This document shows positions 1 through 13,892 of a stretch of 64,000 nucleotides of DNA, piece after piece; positions within the stretch are counted from its first letter, which is position 1, and each line of letters starts with the position of its first letter. Made by a program: the position numbers and the translations under genes. Source of the DNA: Octopus vulgaris (taxonomy: Eukaryota); contig OX597819.1 in assembly GCA_951406725.2 (NCBI GenBank), positions 21,576,001-21,640,000 on the forward strand. The letters are read 5' to 3'. The notes beneath the pieces were generated by a model. It ran no database searches, had not been told where the DNA came from, and worked only from the letters and a program-made list of their open reading frames with translations.

Positions 1-489
1 TGCATTATACATAACAAAAATGTCTGCTAATTTTGTATGTTTAGGTACATTTATTGTGAGTTCCTTGTGTTTGTGCGTTTATCTAAATGTTTGTCTTTGT
101 ATTCAATATATCTATATGTCTGTCTGACAGTGTATTGATCTACTGTCTACGGTAAATAGCAATAATTTTATTTCTATATCTATTTAATTCATGTCTACTC
201 ATATGAGAATATCACTCTAAATTCTTTACCCAGTCTCAAGAGTTGTTTAACTACAACATACCAACGAATATTACATACAAAAACACCCAGCAAAAACTTA
301 GGAGCACACGCACATATGCGCACAAACACACACGTATATATGCATACTAATCTACCTATTTATATAGTTATCTCTTTAGCTATCTATACATATCTGTAGA
401 TATATATTCACATTACATTTGACTTAGATATATGTCTATCTATCTATCCATCTGTGTCTGTCTATCTGTTTACTCTATCTCTCTCTCCC

Positions 490-549
<60 letters not shown>

Positions 550-582
550 AAATATACATCTATCAACATATATATATATATA

Positions 583-975
583 TCTTTATATATAAAAGTG
601 AAGTTCTGTGTCTGTCTCCTACGATTTAGATTCCTAACTACTCCCACATTTTGCGATGCAGTTTAACCAAAACCGGGTATCTTATAGTCGTGATTCATAT
701 CGAGCCCTTCTGGGTATTAGCGCGCGTCTACGATGAGTCTACTATTTAAAAAAAAATTTACCATAATTTTTTTCCATTTTAATGCATTTTTTCGCTATTA
801 TATAAGGGAAGTAACTCTCTAAAAATGTCTACGATGTGTCAACGATTTAAAAAAAAATTACCATCATTTTTTTCCATTTTTAATGCATTTTTTTGCTTTT
901 TTTGCTATAACTCTCTAAAAATGCTTATATAGTTATTTCCCTTACAAACCCGAGCAACGCCGGACGATACTGCTG
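583..975 (+). mobile_element. Non-autonomous Helitron-like element, copy 1
   Basis: Starts A|TCTTTATATATAAAAG. Ends with GC hairpin CCCGAGCAACGCCGG followed by ATACTGCTG|T (CTAG with one base lost). No TSD. Matches copies at 48428 and 58247. Confidence 0.8.
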
Positions 976-1096
976 TATATATATATATAAAGATAGATAT
1001 ATACGCATGTATATATATACATATACGTACGTACGTACATGTATATATATATATATATTTGTAAATGTAATATGTGATAATTACTCGGTAGCCCTC

Positions 1097-1155
1097 ATAA
1101 AACTCCGAGTTTCGGATGACGGGATGGAAATCCACGCCGCCATCTCTTCAGTTAT
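1097..1155 (-). ncRNA. Minimal type-I hammerhead ribozyme motif (Penelope pLTR-like remnant)
   Basis: Minus strand: ATAA-CTGAAGA-GATGGCGG...CCGTCATC-C-GAAA-CTC g GAG-TT-TTAT. Stems I, II and III all pair; there is one extra C before GAAA. Confidence 0.6.
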
Positions 1156-1186
1156 CCGGCCATCGGAAAAATGCTATGAAAAATAA

Positions 1187-1270
<84 letters not shown>

Positions 1271-1714
1271 ATACTATGCATGTAAATTGGGATTATTCAT
1301 ATACGTATGAGTTTATACATGTGTATATCTAATTTTAATATATTTATGCATGCACACATATACACAAGCATATAGTCACACTAACACCCACACACACTCA
1401 TTGATATATAAACACAATACAGATCATAGGGGATTACATATAACATATAACTTGGGATAGCAAAGAATAGGTGTAAGAATTTCTATTTGCCTGAGTATAA
1501 AATTCTTGTATATGTTTGGAGATACTTTTTACACACACACACACACGCGCGCACACAAGTATATTCATGTATACACATGTATTTGTACATGCATATATAT
1601 GTATATATTTATGTTTTTATGTATATACGTATATACATATATTCATGTGAATATAGTTATATAAAATCAATTATAGATATATACATAGACGTATACTTAA
1701 AACATATATGTATG

Positions 1715-1755
<41 letters not shown>

Positions 1756-1779
1756 GTATATATTTATAAATAAATATAT

Positions 1780-2432
1780 ATATATGTATGTATTTATATG
1801 TACATATATATGTATATGTATATATTCATAAATAAACAAATATATATATATATATTTATAAATGTATATATATATATATATATTTATAAATAAATAAATA
1901 AATATATATATATATTTATAAATAAATAAATATATATATATATTTATAAATAAATAAATATATATATATATTTATAAATAAATATATATATATATATTTA
2001 TAAATAAATATATATATATATATTTATAAATAAATATATATATATATATTTATAAATAAATATATATATATATATTTATAAATAAATATATAGACATATA
2101 TACATGCATATTTATAAATAAATATATATTCATATATATATACATATATATGTATATATTTATAAATAAATAAATATATATATATATACATATATAAATA
2201 TATATACCTATAAATATATATAAATATACATATATATATACATAAATATATATATATATAAATATACATATATATATACATAAATATATATATATATACC
2301 TATAAATATATATAAATATACATATATATATACATAAATATATATATATATAAATATACATATATATATACATAAATATATATATATATATATACCTATA
2401 AATATACATTTATATATATACATATAAATATA

Positions 2433-2530
<98 letters not shown>

Positions 2531-2600
2531 TATAAATATACATATATATATATATATATATATCCATGTAAATAAATATATACATATATATATATATTTA
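1780..2600. repeat. Compound (TA)n / TATTTATAAATAAA minisatellite
   Basis: Visible tandem units of (TA)n interrupted by TTTATAAATAAA or CATAAATA. Confidence 0.9.
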
Positions 2601-2995
2601 TTGATATTGATTTTTGTCGGTTACCTACCGAGGGTATCTAGCTGTCCAGTTTTGTATTTCTCTAACGGCCATTCGATCTGTCTGACCATTCGTCTACGTA
2701 TTTATGTTTATCTTTTTATCAGCCTGCTTATCTCTCTAAACTTTCCCAAACTACATAATACACACACAACAAACACAATCATGTGCTCACACAGACACAT
2801 ATCTACACTCCCTCCCCAAAGACACGTCTACAGTCATAAACATAGAAATATGTATATATATGTGTTCTGGATTGTCTAGCGTTCCATCATTGTCGGAATT
2901 ATTTACAGAATACCATTCACCAGCACCACCGTCATCGGCAGAACTCTTACACTCATGACAGTACATACAAATACCTATCTATCTCTGTGTCTCGC

Positions 2996-3108
<113 letters not shown>

Positions 3109-3150
3109 ATATATATAGATATGTATATATGATGTGAGTATTTGTGTCTG

Positions 3151-3198
<48 letters not shown>

Positions 3199-3302
3199 GT
3201 GTGTGTACATATATATAATATATGTATATACATATATATATTATATATTATATGTGTGTGTCTACATACATATACGAACACACGCGAAATCATGAGTGCG
3301 CG

Positions 3303-3379
<77 letters not shown>

Positions 3380-3380
<1 letters not shown>

Positions 3381-3543
3381 CGTATGTGTGGCTGTGTGGT
3401 AAGCAGCTTCCTTACCAACCACATGTTTCCCAGTTCATTACCACTGTGTGGCACCTTGGGCAAGTGCTTTCTTCTATAGCCTACGGCCGACAAAAGCATT
3501 GAGAGAATTCGGTAGACGGAAACTGAAAGAAGCCCGTCGTATA
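3380..3543 (+). mobile_element. tRNA-derived SINE family A, 5' part
   Basis: GTGGCTGTGTGGTAAG A-box-like head and CCTTGGGCAAGTG...GGTAGACGGAAACTGAAAGAAGCCCGTCG body, shared with about 10 other copies in the window. Confidence 0.8.
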
Positions 3544-3817
3544 TTATATATACGTTTATATATTTTCATTGATAATTTATATATATTAGTCATTTTAAAA
3601 TATATATGTAATTAGACGTAGACTAATACCGATATTGGATTATGGGTGGGTTTCCTACCTTATAAATTAAAATTAATATTTAACATTATAGTCGATTTTG
3701 ATATAATCATAATTGTTAAGTTCTATGTTTCTAGTTTGATAATAGAGTTTATTATAAGTAAAATTATTATATTATTTATATCTTTAAAATATTGTTTAAA
3801 TATTTCTGATTATATTT

Positions 3818-3886
3818 TACCTGAAGATTGACTGTAACCATAACTCGAATTATTACGAATTAGACAGTCATGAAACGATCGTAGTG
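3818..3886 (+). ncRNA. Minimal type-I hammerhead ribozyme motif
   Basis: TAC-CTGAAGA-T-TGACTGT...ACAGTCA-T-GAAA-CGATCG-TA-GTG. Canonical core, 7-bp stem II, palindromic stem III, GUA triplet; stem I is weak. Confidence 0.65.
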
Positions 3887-4939
3887 TTTTACTCATTATC
3901 TTTTATTAAACTTTTAATACTTTTGATATATATTTAAAATAATATAAATTAATTAATTTTATGTATTGGCTTAAGTTTTTCATTGTTTGATTTGCCTAAT
4001 AGTGGTTTTATCTCTAATTTAATATAATATATATATATATATTTATATATACACACGTAATATAGAATGCAGCGATTTTAGCTTGCCCGTCTTTTATATG
4101 CCGAAAGACTAACTGACATCGTGCTTTGTTTGATATTCTCCGAAGATTAACCCTCTCAAAATGCTGTTTGTTCTTGGCTCCCCCTTGTTCTCTTTCCTTT
4201 GTCTTACATTTTGCATGTTTTTTTTTAAATTCCTCCTCAAAGAAATACGTTTGATAGAAGAATGTCCCAAAGTGTAACCAAGCAAAGGAAGAACAGAGAC
4301 TGCATTTTGTAGATTGATTGGCCCCCACGTTATGTACACATCGAAATAATTAGGACATGATTTTCACGATATAATGTCTGTCCGTTCTTAAAATAAAAGA
4401 ATGAAAAGTTTATATGATTTCCAGCACCCCTTGTGTGCAATGATCAAATACAGTACGTAGGTACATACAAACATACATACATACATACATACATACATAC
4501 AAACATAAATATCTTCAAATACGTGCGCGTGTGTGTATGAGAGCATTGAGAGTATATATGTGTGCATGTATGCATAGATGAATATAAAAGAATATGTGCG
4601 TATATATGTCTCCGTCTCACTTGCTCTCTCATTTCTTTCCACTGTGTATGTATACATATGTGTGTATGTGTGTATATATATATATATATATTTGTGTGTG
4701 TATGAGTGAGTGAGAGTTCGGATGTGTACACACCCATATACACATACATGTATATGTTTGTGCCTTTGAACATATATATATATATGCGTACATGTATAGA
4801 TTCTTACACATATATATGCATAAACGTATATAGATGAACATACTCTAATTGTAGGATATTGTGTGCGTGTGTGTGTATTCATGTTTTTACTGTTTGAACA
4901 ATATATCGCTTATATACACATGAGCACGTATGGGTACGC

Positions 4940-4979
<40 letters not shown>

Positions 4980-5081
4980 GTATACACATACATATATATA
5001 TAAAATATACTTTTATGTTTATATATATATATATATATACGCACACACATATATACATACACATATATACATATACACATG

Positions 5082-5140
<59 letters not shown>

Positions 5141-6036
5141 GTATACATATACACATATATATATATATATATAATATATTTTTATGTTTATATATATATA
5201 TATATATACATATATGCATACATATATATACATATACACATGTATATATAAATATATACATGTACGTATATACGTATGGATATATATTTGTGTGTGTGTG
5301 TGTGTAAAGGAGCTCTCGAACACACACACAAACGCACACTGTTACACAAACACACGAACACTTGTTAAATATCGATCAATTTTTTTTTTATCATTCATCT
5401 CAGTACATTTATAAACAGAATTTATCTGTTGCCGTCATTTGTATTATTGTTGTTCTTGTTGCTGCTTGTCTTTTGTTTTTTTTTTTATTTGTGTTGTTGT
5501 TGTTGTTGTTGTTGATACTATTTTATGTGTGTGAGCGTAACCATGGAAACAGAAATAAACTCGAATAAATGTAAGCCATGCAAAACATCAATAATCATTA
5601 ATATCTTAGTATCCGTCCAGTAATAACAAATACTCTTAATATACATGTGTGGGTGTATGTGCGTCTTCATACACACACAAACATACACATACAGATATAT
5701 ATGTATATATACACACACACACACACACACACAAACATTCAGATATATATATATATATATACAAATATATACACGCACACACACATATATATATATATAC
5801 ATACATATATATACATAGATATACACATATATATACATAGATATACACACATATATACATAGATATACACTCATATATACATCGATATACACACATATTC
5901 ATAGATATACACACATATATACATTGATATACACACATGTATATATCCATAGATATACATACATGTATATATACATAGATATACATACATGTATATATAC
6001 ATAGATATACATACATGTATATATACAAAGATATAC

Positions 6037-6080
<44 letters not shown>

Positions 6081-6103
6081 AAATATATACATACATACAT
6101 ACA

Positions 6104-6134
<31 letters not shown>

Positions 6135-6282
6135 GATTATATGAAAGCGAACATATACACGTAACTGTGTTTCAATAAACATACATATACCGAATATATA
6201 TATAAATATATATGTTTATATAAGTTTATATAAACATGTATACATATGTTTATATCAATATGTGCACACACACACACACACA

Positions 6283-6316
<34 letters not shown>

Positions 6317-6839
6317 GTATGCATACATTTGTGTGCATGTATCTGTGCGTATATAAATTTATGTGCTCAATTATATGCAGTACATTTATGAGCGCCACCA
6401 ATCACCTTGTAGCCAATATACAAATATGTCACGAGTGGGATCCTATGATACACTAGCACATTTACATACATACATGCATATATATATATATATGAAGAAA
6501 TAAATAAATATATATATATATATATATAAATACATACATACGGAAATGCATATATCTATATGCTCACTTACGCATATATATAATAACACGTGTATATGCA
6601 TACATATACTTCGATATTCATACATATATTTATATATACATATACGAGATGAACACAGACGCGCGCACAAACATCTGCACACATATATATATATATATAT
6701 ATATAGATATATATATATATACGTGTGCGTGTGTGTATATATATGTGAGTAGAAATAGAGAGTGTAAGAGAGAGAGAGTGATTTCGATGGCGGAAAGGTA
6801 GTGAAATCAGTGGTGTTGGAGAAACAGATTTAAATGGAA

Positions 6840-6919
<80 letters not shown>

Positions 6920-7301
6920 TGTGTGTGTGTAATTATTAGATGCATATGTGCGTCTCTGTACACGTGTGTGTGCGATCGTCTCTGCTTGCGTGCGTGAGAG
7001 TTGTGTATATTTGTAACGAACACCCACACAATTTTACAAAATGGAATTCTCTGTCTTCGACATTGACATCCAGTTGCTATCACCAACCTATATTTACATA
7101 TGTTTGTTTGACGATCCTTTTCAGACATATTTTCAGTTTGCTCTTTTTTTTTTTAACTCTCTTTTGTTATGAAATATTCAAAGATAAACTCTTCTGTAAA
7201 TCTTCTCTTCTCAATTCTGATTATTATGGAGTTTACCAATCTCTGTTTTGTACTTTTCCTGCTTCTTTCCTTTCGTGGTTTTTCTTGAGATTTGTTTGTC
7301 A

Positions 7302-7376
<75 letters not shown>

Positions 7377-7789
7377 GAATCATTTCGGTTTGAACGGCAG
7401 TTTTTAACATAATTTCTAGGTAACTAAAAAATGTTAAACTTCGTATACTGGTAGAATGTGTTTATAAAACATCTTTTTCTCTTGGCTTTATTGAGAAAAT
7501 TCTATGGTTTGTAAGATATTTGTTGTTTTTCTTCAATTTCTGCAATTTCAACCAATCATTGCCGTCTATTGAGGTAAAAACATTCAGTGCCGTATGAATA
7601 TGTCCCTCGTTTAAGGAACAGATTGGGTTTATTTACATTTATGAAGAAAAAAAGACACTCTTCACCCCATCTCTAACCCTAGCCCAAAAACAGATTGAAA
7701 TGCAATAGATCGATACTAGGGTCATAATTATGGGTGACAATTTCATATGACACCGCTAGAAAAAACTGTCGTTCAAACCGAAAAGATCC
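7377..7789. mobile_element. MITE with ~29-bp terminal inverted repeats, inserted in a (CTA)n microsatellite
   Basis: Left end GAATCATTTCGGTTTGAACGGCAGTTTTT; right end reverse complement GGATCTTTTCGGTTTGAACGACAGTTTTT. Flanked on both sides by ACTACTAC. Confidence 0.8.
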
Positions 7790-7899
7790 ACTACTACTAC
7801 TACTAAGTAGAAGAAGAAAGAAGAAAGAAGAAGAAGAAGAACAACAACAACAACAATATTGCCACATGACGACACCATTAGATTGCATTGGAATAATGA

Positions 7900-9190
7900 G
7901 GGATAGAAATAAGTAGGGGTGCAACAAGACGGTAAAATAATGGAAAGAGAAACGAGAGAGAAAGCCACAAGAGAGTACAATTGGAGAATTAGAAAGATAC
8001 TAAAAACAATGTTAATGGAAGAAACATCATTAGGGCCAGACATACATGGGCAACGACAGTATTGTGATTCTATGGTCCCTTTCTGAAATAGATAAAAATG
8101 GAGCTGCAGAATTTCGAAGAACCAGAAACCTGCTAACAATGCGCAAAGTACTCCACCCCAAATGTAATACCGACCGACGCCTCTGACTGCCATAACAGGA
8201 ATGTGGTAAAGGAATACTAAACAAAAAATACCCTTTTGGTACTGTGGAACTGGGTCTGAAAAAATTATGTTGTGCAGAGTAGAGAAAGAATAGTTTCGGC
8301 TGCCAGAGATGCCCAGATCGTGAGTGAAACAGTAGGAGAATTCAAAGAAGAATGAAAGAATAACAGAATGAACAACTGAAAAGAAATGAAACTGTATGGA
8401 TAATTCATACAACAAACCTAGAATGTTGGAAGTGATGATCGCTCGCTGTGGTTGACGGACGGGAAATGTAAGGCAAAAAGATCGTTATTTTTAGCCGCAA
8501 ATAAACAAACCCTTGGAGCCAATCTGGAAACGATAACGATCGACAAATGTCAGTGAGATAGCAAATGTAGAAACTGCAGGAAAGAAGACGAGAGTATCAA
8601 TCGCATTTTGAGTGAGTGCAGTATGCTAGCGCAAAAAGAGTATAAGGGTAGAAATGACTGTGCAGGTAAACTAGTTCATTAGGATGTTAGCCGAGTATGT
8701 AGCATCAAAACAAAAGAAATACAGTATGTACACAAACCGGATATTGTAATAGAAACTGAGAATTACAAGATCCTGTGGATTTTCACCGTACAGTCTGACC
8801 CTATGCTCCTGAGGCAAAAAGACCAAAAGTCATGATAGAGTAAAAAATAAACAAACAATGCTAGGTCATATATTTTGCAATTTCCTACGATTGTAGAGTC
8901 GATAGCAAAGAAATTTAAAAAGTTCAGAAATATCAGGATCAAGCCAGATATCAGAGGATATTGTGGGAGATCAAGACAACCATTATTCCTGTTGGAATTG
9001 GTGCACTTGGCACAACAACAAAAAATGCTACCTAACAGATAGAAAGAAATTGAAATTGAAACTCGTATTGTCAACCGGCAGAAAAGTAGAGTACCATCCC
9101 AAATTCTGCAAAAATTCTCAAAGAAATTCTTTAGAATTTAGTAGTCTTGTTATCACCCGATCCTCACCATATACTATTTGCTAACAGAAT
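7900..9190 (+). mobile_element. Decayed R4/Dong-type RLE non-LTR retrotransposon (post-RT, CCHC and restriction-like endonuclease region)
   Basis: Hand translation gives LLTMRKVLHPKCNTDR and KCRNCRKEDESINRILSECSMLAQKEYKGRND...HKPDIVIETENYKILWIFTVQSD, the typical CxxC-ETxxH-C-LAQKEYKRRHD...KILWDF signature. Multiple stops and frameshifts. Confidence 0.8.
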
Positions 9191-9234
9191 TAGCGTACAC
9201 TAGAGGAATAAAAGAAAAAAATTAAATAAAGACA

Positions 9235-9525
9235 ACGCTTTAAAATACGAAATAGCGCGGCTATGGAAAATAAAGAAGGTGAAGATAATGCCAATTATTC
9301 TTGGGGACAGTATCAGAAGGAATCAGGAGGCATATCAAGGAAATTGGAATAGAGTGCCCAGTAGAAATGTTACAAAAGGTTTTGATCCTTGGAACGGCCA
9401 GAATAATCAGGAAAGTATTAGATAGATTAAAAGAACGGAAAGTATGATACCAGAGGTTGCAGGCAGCAAGTCCCCGCTACGCATGGAAGACTCCAGGAGT
9501 TCCAACAAAATCTACGATGAAATAT
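9235..9525 (+). mobile_element. 3' end of a second Dong/R4-type copy ending in (TAA)n
   Basis: YEIARLWKIKKVKIMPIILG...LQKVLILGTARIIRKVLD C-terminus, then a short UTR, then the (TAA)n run at 9528-9585. Confidence 0.75.
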
Positions 9526-9526
9526 T

Positions 9527-9585
<59 letters not shown>

Positions 9586-9587
<2 letters not shown>

Positions 9588-9981
9588 TGCAGTATTTGTC
9601 GATAAAACGATGAAACCGTATGGCATATTACCAGCCAATGTACGCCACTAGCCCAGGAGGAATATAAGAGATGCCACGACAATATAGCCAGGATTGTCCA
9701 TTGGACACTTTGCAACAAGTATAGACTTGACATAGCAAAAAATTGGTACGACCACAAACCAGAAGGCATTGTCGAAAGTAGAAATGCGAAGATCCTATGA
9801 GATTTTGATTCATTGCGACCATGAGATTGAGAATAGGAAGCTAGAAATAGTCTTAATTGAGAAAGAAAGCAAAAGATGCTGGATCATAGTTATAGCATGC
9901 CCAGCTGACTACAAGGTATGTGATAAGGAAGAAAGAAAAGTCGAGAGATATAACGGGTTAGCTTGGGAGGTTAAGCAGTTG
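9586..9981 (+). mobile_element. Third Dong/R4-type fragment (CCHC plus RLE)
   Basis: CSICR*NDETVWHITSQCTPLAQEEYKRCHDNIARIVHWTLC...WYDHKPEGIVE, then CDHEIENRKLEIVLIEKESKRCWIIVIACP...KEERKVERY. Confidence 0.85.
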
Positions 9982-10014
9982 TAGATAGGTAGGCAGATAT
10001 ATATATATATACAC

Positions 10015-10285
10015 GGAGGCGCAATGGCCCAGTGGTTAGGGCAGCTGACTCGCGGTTTCGATTCCCAGACCGGGCGTTGTGAGTGTTTATTGAGCGAAAA
10101 CACCTGAAAGCTCCACGAGTCTCCGGCAGGGGGTGGTGATCCCTGCTGTACTCTTTCACCACTCTTTCGTCTGTTGACCTGCTTGCTTAGTCAGCGGGGT
10201 GGCGTCATTCGAATGCTAAAGCAATGCGAACGCATTGTGACCAGCGATGTGTAGCAACATCTGATGGTCTGGTCGGTCAGGTGAT

Positions 10286-10293
<8 letters not shown>
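10015..10293 (+). mobile_element. tRNA-derived SINE family C with RTE-type 3' tail
   Basis: TGGCCCAGTGGTTAG A box and GGTTTCGATTCC B box. Tail TGTGACCAGCGATGT...CTGATGGTCTGGTCGGTCA matches the RTE 3' end at 23981-24040. Confidence 0.8.
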
Positions 10294-10358
<65 letters not shown>

Positions 10359-10772
10359 AGAAATATTGAATTTCTAAATCTCTCGTGGAGACATGTACGG
10401 TGGTGGGGCGTTAGAATGGTTGTATACTGTCAATCTAACAAAAACGTGACAGTAGGGGGTACACCACCGCTGTATAGCCCTAGGAAGCATCGAACGCCTC
10501 CTGATAGCTTTGACACATTTTTCCCTAGGGAAAAAATGTGTCAAAGCTTCCTAGGGCTATACAGCGGTGGTGTACCCCCTACTGTCACGTTCTTGTTAGA
10601 TTGACAGTATACAACCATTCTATCGCCCCACCACCGTACATGTCTCTACGAGAGATTTAGAAATTCAATATTTCTTATTTTGATAATCAGTGAATAAACT
10701 TCACTGAATATATATGTGTCCTTATATACATATACGAAGGGGAGACAAACACCCCCGGCTGCCGGAACTGCA

Positions 10773-10818
10773 TCTAGGGACACCGTGTTTCAGGATCGTT
10801 GTCCTTCATCGGCCTAGA
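10773..10818 (-). ncRNA. Minimal type-I hammerhead ribozyme
   Basis: TCTAGG-CCGATGA-AGGA caacga TCCT-GAAA-CAC g GTG-TC-CCTAGA: 6-bp stem I, 4-bp stem II, GUC site, U4C core variant. Confidence 0.8.
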
Positions 10819-11257
10819 GTAGCAGACACCGGTCAGCTCGTGATATTTGCCTCGACTTCGTAATTGTATATACTTATATTCAGTGAAGTTTATTCACTGA
10901 TTATCAAAATAAGAAATATTGAATTTCTAAATCTCTCGTAGAGACATGTACGGTGGTGGGGCGATAGAATGGTTGTATACTGTCAATCTAACAAGAACGT
11001 GACAGTAGGGGGTACACCACCACTGTATAGCCCTAGGAAGCATCGAACGCCTCCTGATAGCTTTGACACATTTTTCCCTGTGTCCTTATATACATATACG
11101 AAGGGGAGACAAATACCCCCGGCTGCCGGAACTGCATCTAGGGACACCGTGTTTCAGGATCGTCGGCCTAGAGTAGCAGACACCGGTCAGCTGGTGATAT
11201 TTGCCTCGACTTTGTAATTGTATATACCTATATTCAGTGAAGTTTATTCACTGCTAC

Positions 11258-11303
11258 TCTAGGCCGATGAAGGCCAACGATCCTGAAACATGGTGTCCCT
11301 AGA
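11258..11303 (+). ncRNA. Minimal type-I hammerhead ribozyme (inverted copy)
   Basis: TCTAGG-CCGATGA-AGG ccaacgat CCT-GAAA-CAT g GTG-TC-CCTAGA. Confidence 0.75.
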
Positions 11304-11471
11304 TACAGTTCCGGCAGCCGGGGTTGTTTGTCTCCCCTTCGTATATGGTATATAAGGACACAGGGAAAAAAATGTGTCAAAGCTATCAGGAGGCGTTCGA
11401 TGCTTCCTAGGGCTATACAGCGGTGGTGTACCCCCTACTGTCACGTTCTTGTTAGATTGACAGTATACAAC

Positions 11472-11532
<61 letters not shown>

Positions 11533-11533
<1 letters not shown>

Positions 11534-11580
11534 CACGATATATTCGTGATCAGAGACGTTCGTGAAGCGAGGTACTATTG
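11533..11580 (-). mobile_element. Terminal fragment of a Tc1/pogo(Tigger)-like element
   Basis: Reverse complement TA-CAATAGTACCTCGCTTCACGAACG resembles TA|CAGTAGTACCTCG-type termini. Only one end is seen. Confidence 0.35.
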
Positions 11581-13522
11581 TATATCATTTAAAATAAAGT
11601 CATAAAAAGATAAGACCATCTCGAGGGGAGACGAACAGACAAAAACTCAGCGGTACACTTCAGCAGTTGTGACTTGACTGTGGTGTTTTATGGATGCATA
11701 CAAAACATTCACTTCCCTCATCTCCATCTTACAGATTCTCAGGAATCGGCAGGCTGTAGCAACCATTTGATGTGGATTTAGGATTTGAATTTCAATGCTC
11801 AGGGTATGTGCTTCGCCTAACTACGGATATATTTATATATTTACGTAGGCACATGTACATATGTATATACGTGACAATATTCTTTAACGCATCATAACTA
11901 AAAGGCACGCTCTAATTATCAGTGTTCCGAGTCTCACATTCTTGTTCTTTCAGTTAGTAATCCGAGTGTTTTTCGTTTAAATTATCTGATGTTTGTGTAA
12001 TGAAATGTTATAAGTTTGTTTGTTTGTGTTAGTGTGTGTATGAGAGAGAGTGTATGTATGAGAGAGAGTGTATGTATGAGAGAGAGTGTATGTATGAGAT
12101 GGAGAGAGAGAATGTGCGGGTGTGTGTGGTTGTGTGTTCTTACCAACACAAGCTGCACTTCATTTTATCGCTTATTCAAAATTCCAAACGGTCTTCGAAT
12201 TTAACAATGAAATACAGAAACAGGTCACGCTTGCAAGTTCTATATACAATACAAGGACATACACAAACGGTCATACTCACACACACACACAGACACACAC
12301 ACACTAACAAACAGGCAAACGTTTACAAAACACGTTCAAACATACAGATATTTAATTTGAAACTCGTTTTATAACTTAATTTGGGAATTTTTAGATAGCA
12401 GACAGAATAAACAAAAATTTCGAAATTATAAAATAAAATAAAATTGTTTTTAATGATCATTACACACGAGCGATCACCAATTTGACAAACAAAGCTGAAA
12501 TTTGTCAAACACCGTAAAGAAGAAAATGTTTAAATATTTATTGATAATAGCACATAATTGCGTCTATTCTCTGGTGAACAGAATTGTCATATCTTGCAGT
12601 ATTTAATCATAAATTTCAAGAAAACTAAATATTTAAGGAACATATATGAGGTGAGATTGTTTTAGTTTTTTTTTTTTTTTTTTTTTGAAAAGGCATTGTA
12701 TTTGATAAGATAATTTACCAGAGTTAACAATGTGCGTAACTTCTGGACTAACAACTCAGCATTTTTTTGTTCACCCTGTATCTCAGCTTCAACGTTTTCA
12801 TTTAACCGACTACAAACAGCAACAAACTTATTTCAAATCATACCTTATTGTCTTCAACAAAAAAATATATTTATATCGTATTCAGTTTTCAAGATCCTTC
12901 ATATGAATTCGTGTTTTGAAATTGAATTCGTATCCGGTTGGGTCATTATGCTAATAATAAACACGCGCATTGGTTCTATTTCTCTACTTTCTTATTCATC
13001 AATTGATTAAAATGTCATCGCAGAGGTTGCGGAGGAGAACAATGAAAGAACCGATACAATGTTAGCTGATTGATTGACCGAATGCTAAATCCAACAATAT
13101 CGATTTATTAATAAGAAAAATAATTAACCTATCGATAAGTAATAAATACGTGAACTAGAACAAATGCGTGTGATTATAATGGACATAATGACACTGTCGA
13201 GATACAACATAGTCAATAACATAATACTATAACGTTAGATATACAAATAGACATGATGTTTGTAACAGAAGCGTCCTACATCGTAGAGGTACCGGGCGCA
13301 AGTTTGCTGGTACCATACAGCTCGACATTAATTATCGGTCCACATATCTTTTGCTATGTTCATGAAAATATATACCTGTATTCTTTGTCCCAGTTCAAGT
13401 TATATGTTCAATAAAATACTTTGTTCAGCTCTATATTTAAGAGATGAGGAATTATGTACATTATTTCATTATTTATATTATTTACTTTAGGTGGATATTT
13501 GTCCTCATCGTGTTTGTTGTTA

Positions 13523-13566
13523 AAACAATGTTTCGGCTGATATACCCTCCAGCCTTCATCAGGTGT
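13523..13566 (-). ncRNA. Minimal hammerhead motif, left arm
   Basis: ACAC-CTGATGA-A-GGCTG gagggtatat CAGCC-GAAA-CA-TT-GTTT; stems I and III are partly decayed. Confidence 0.6.
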
Positions 13567-13603
13567 CTTGGGAAAATTTCGAACGTGGGTTCCCATTCCT
13601 AAG

Positions 13604-13668
<65 letters not shown>

Positions 13669-13892
13669 GTTCAAGTCACTGCTTGGAATCGAACTCGGAA
13701 TCTTGGGGTTAATAGCCCGCGCTCTTAACCACCACGCCCACGGACATATGACAAAGTGGGCGTAGTGGTTAAGAGCGCGGGCTACTAAGGCCAAGATTCT
13801 GAGTTTCGATTCCCGGCAGTGACCTGAATAACAACAACAACAACATCGAAAATTACCCTAGGAATGAGAACCAGGTTCGAAATTTCCGCAAG

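Larger units (their letters stand above)
10357..11475. repeat. Array of a 364-bp hammerhead-containing unit in direct and inverted orientation (Penelope pLTR or retrozyme-like)
   Basis: Unit period is 10715 to 11079 (TGTGTCCTTATATAC). Segments: forward 10357-10526, inverted 10527-10712, forward 10715-11253, inverted 11251-11475. Flanked by (TA)n. Confidence 0.9.

Noticed and set aside
10357-11475. Repeated ORF MVVYCQSNKNVTVGG and a possible CRISPR-like reading of the array
   Set aside because: The ORFs end differently in each copy and have no motif. The units are long duplications without spacers, in eukaryotic DNA.
13677-13825. Two true tRNA genes
   Set aside because: A and B boxes are present, but the acceptor stems do not pair convincingly and the heads are embedded in a TSD-bounded repeat, so they are treated as SINE-like heads.
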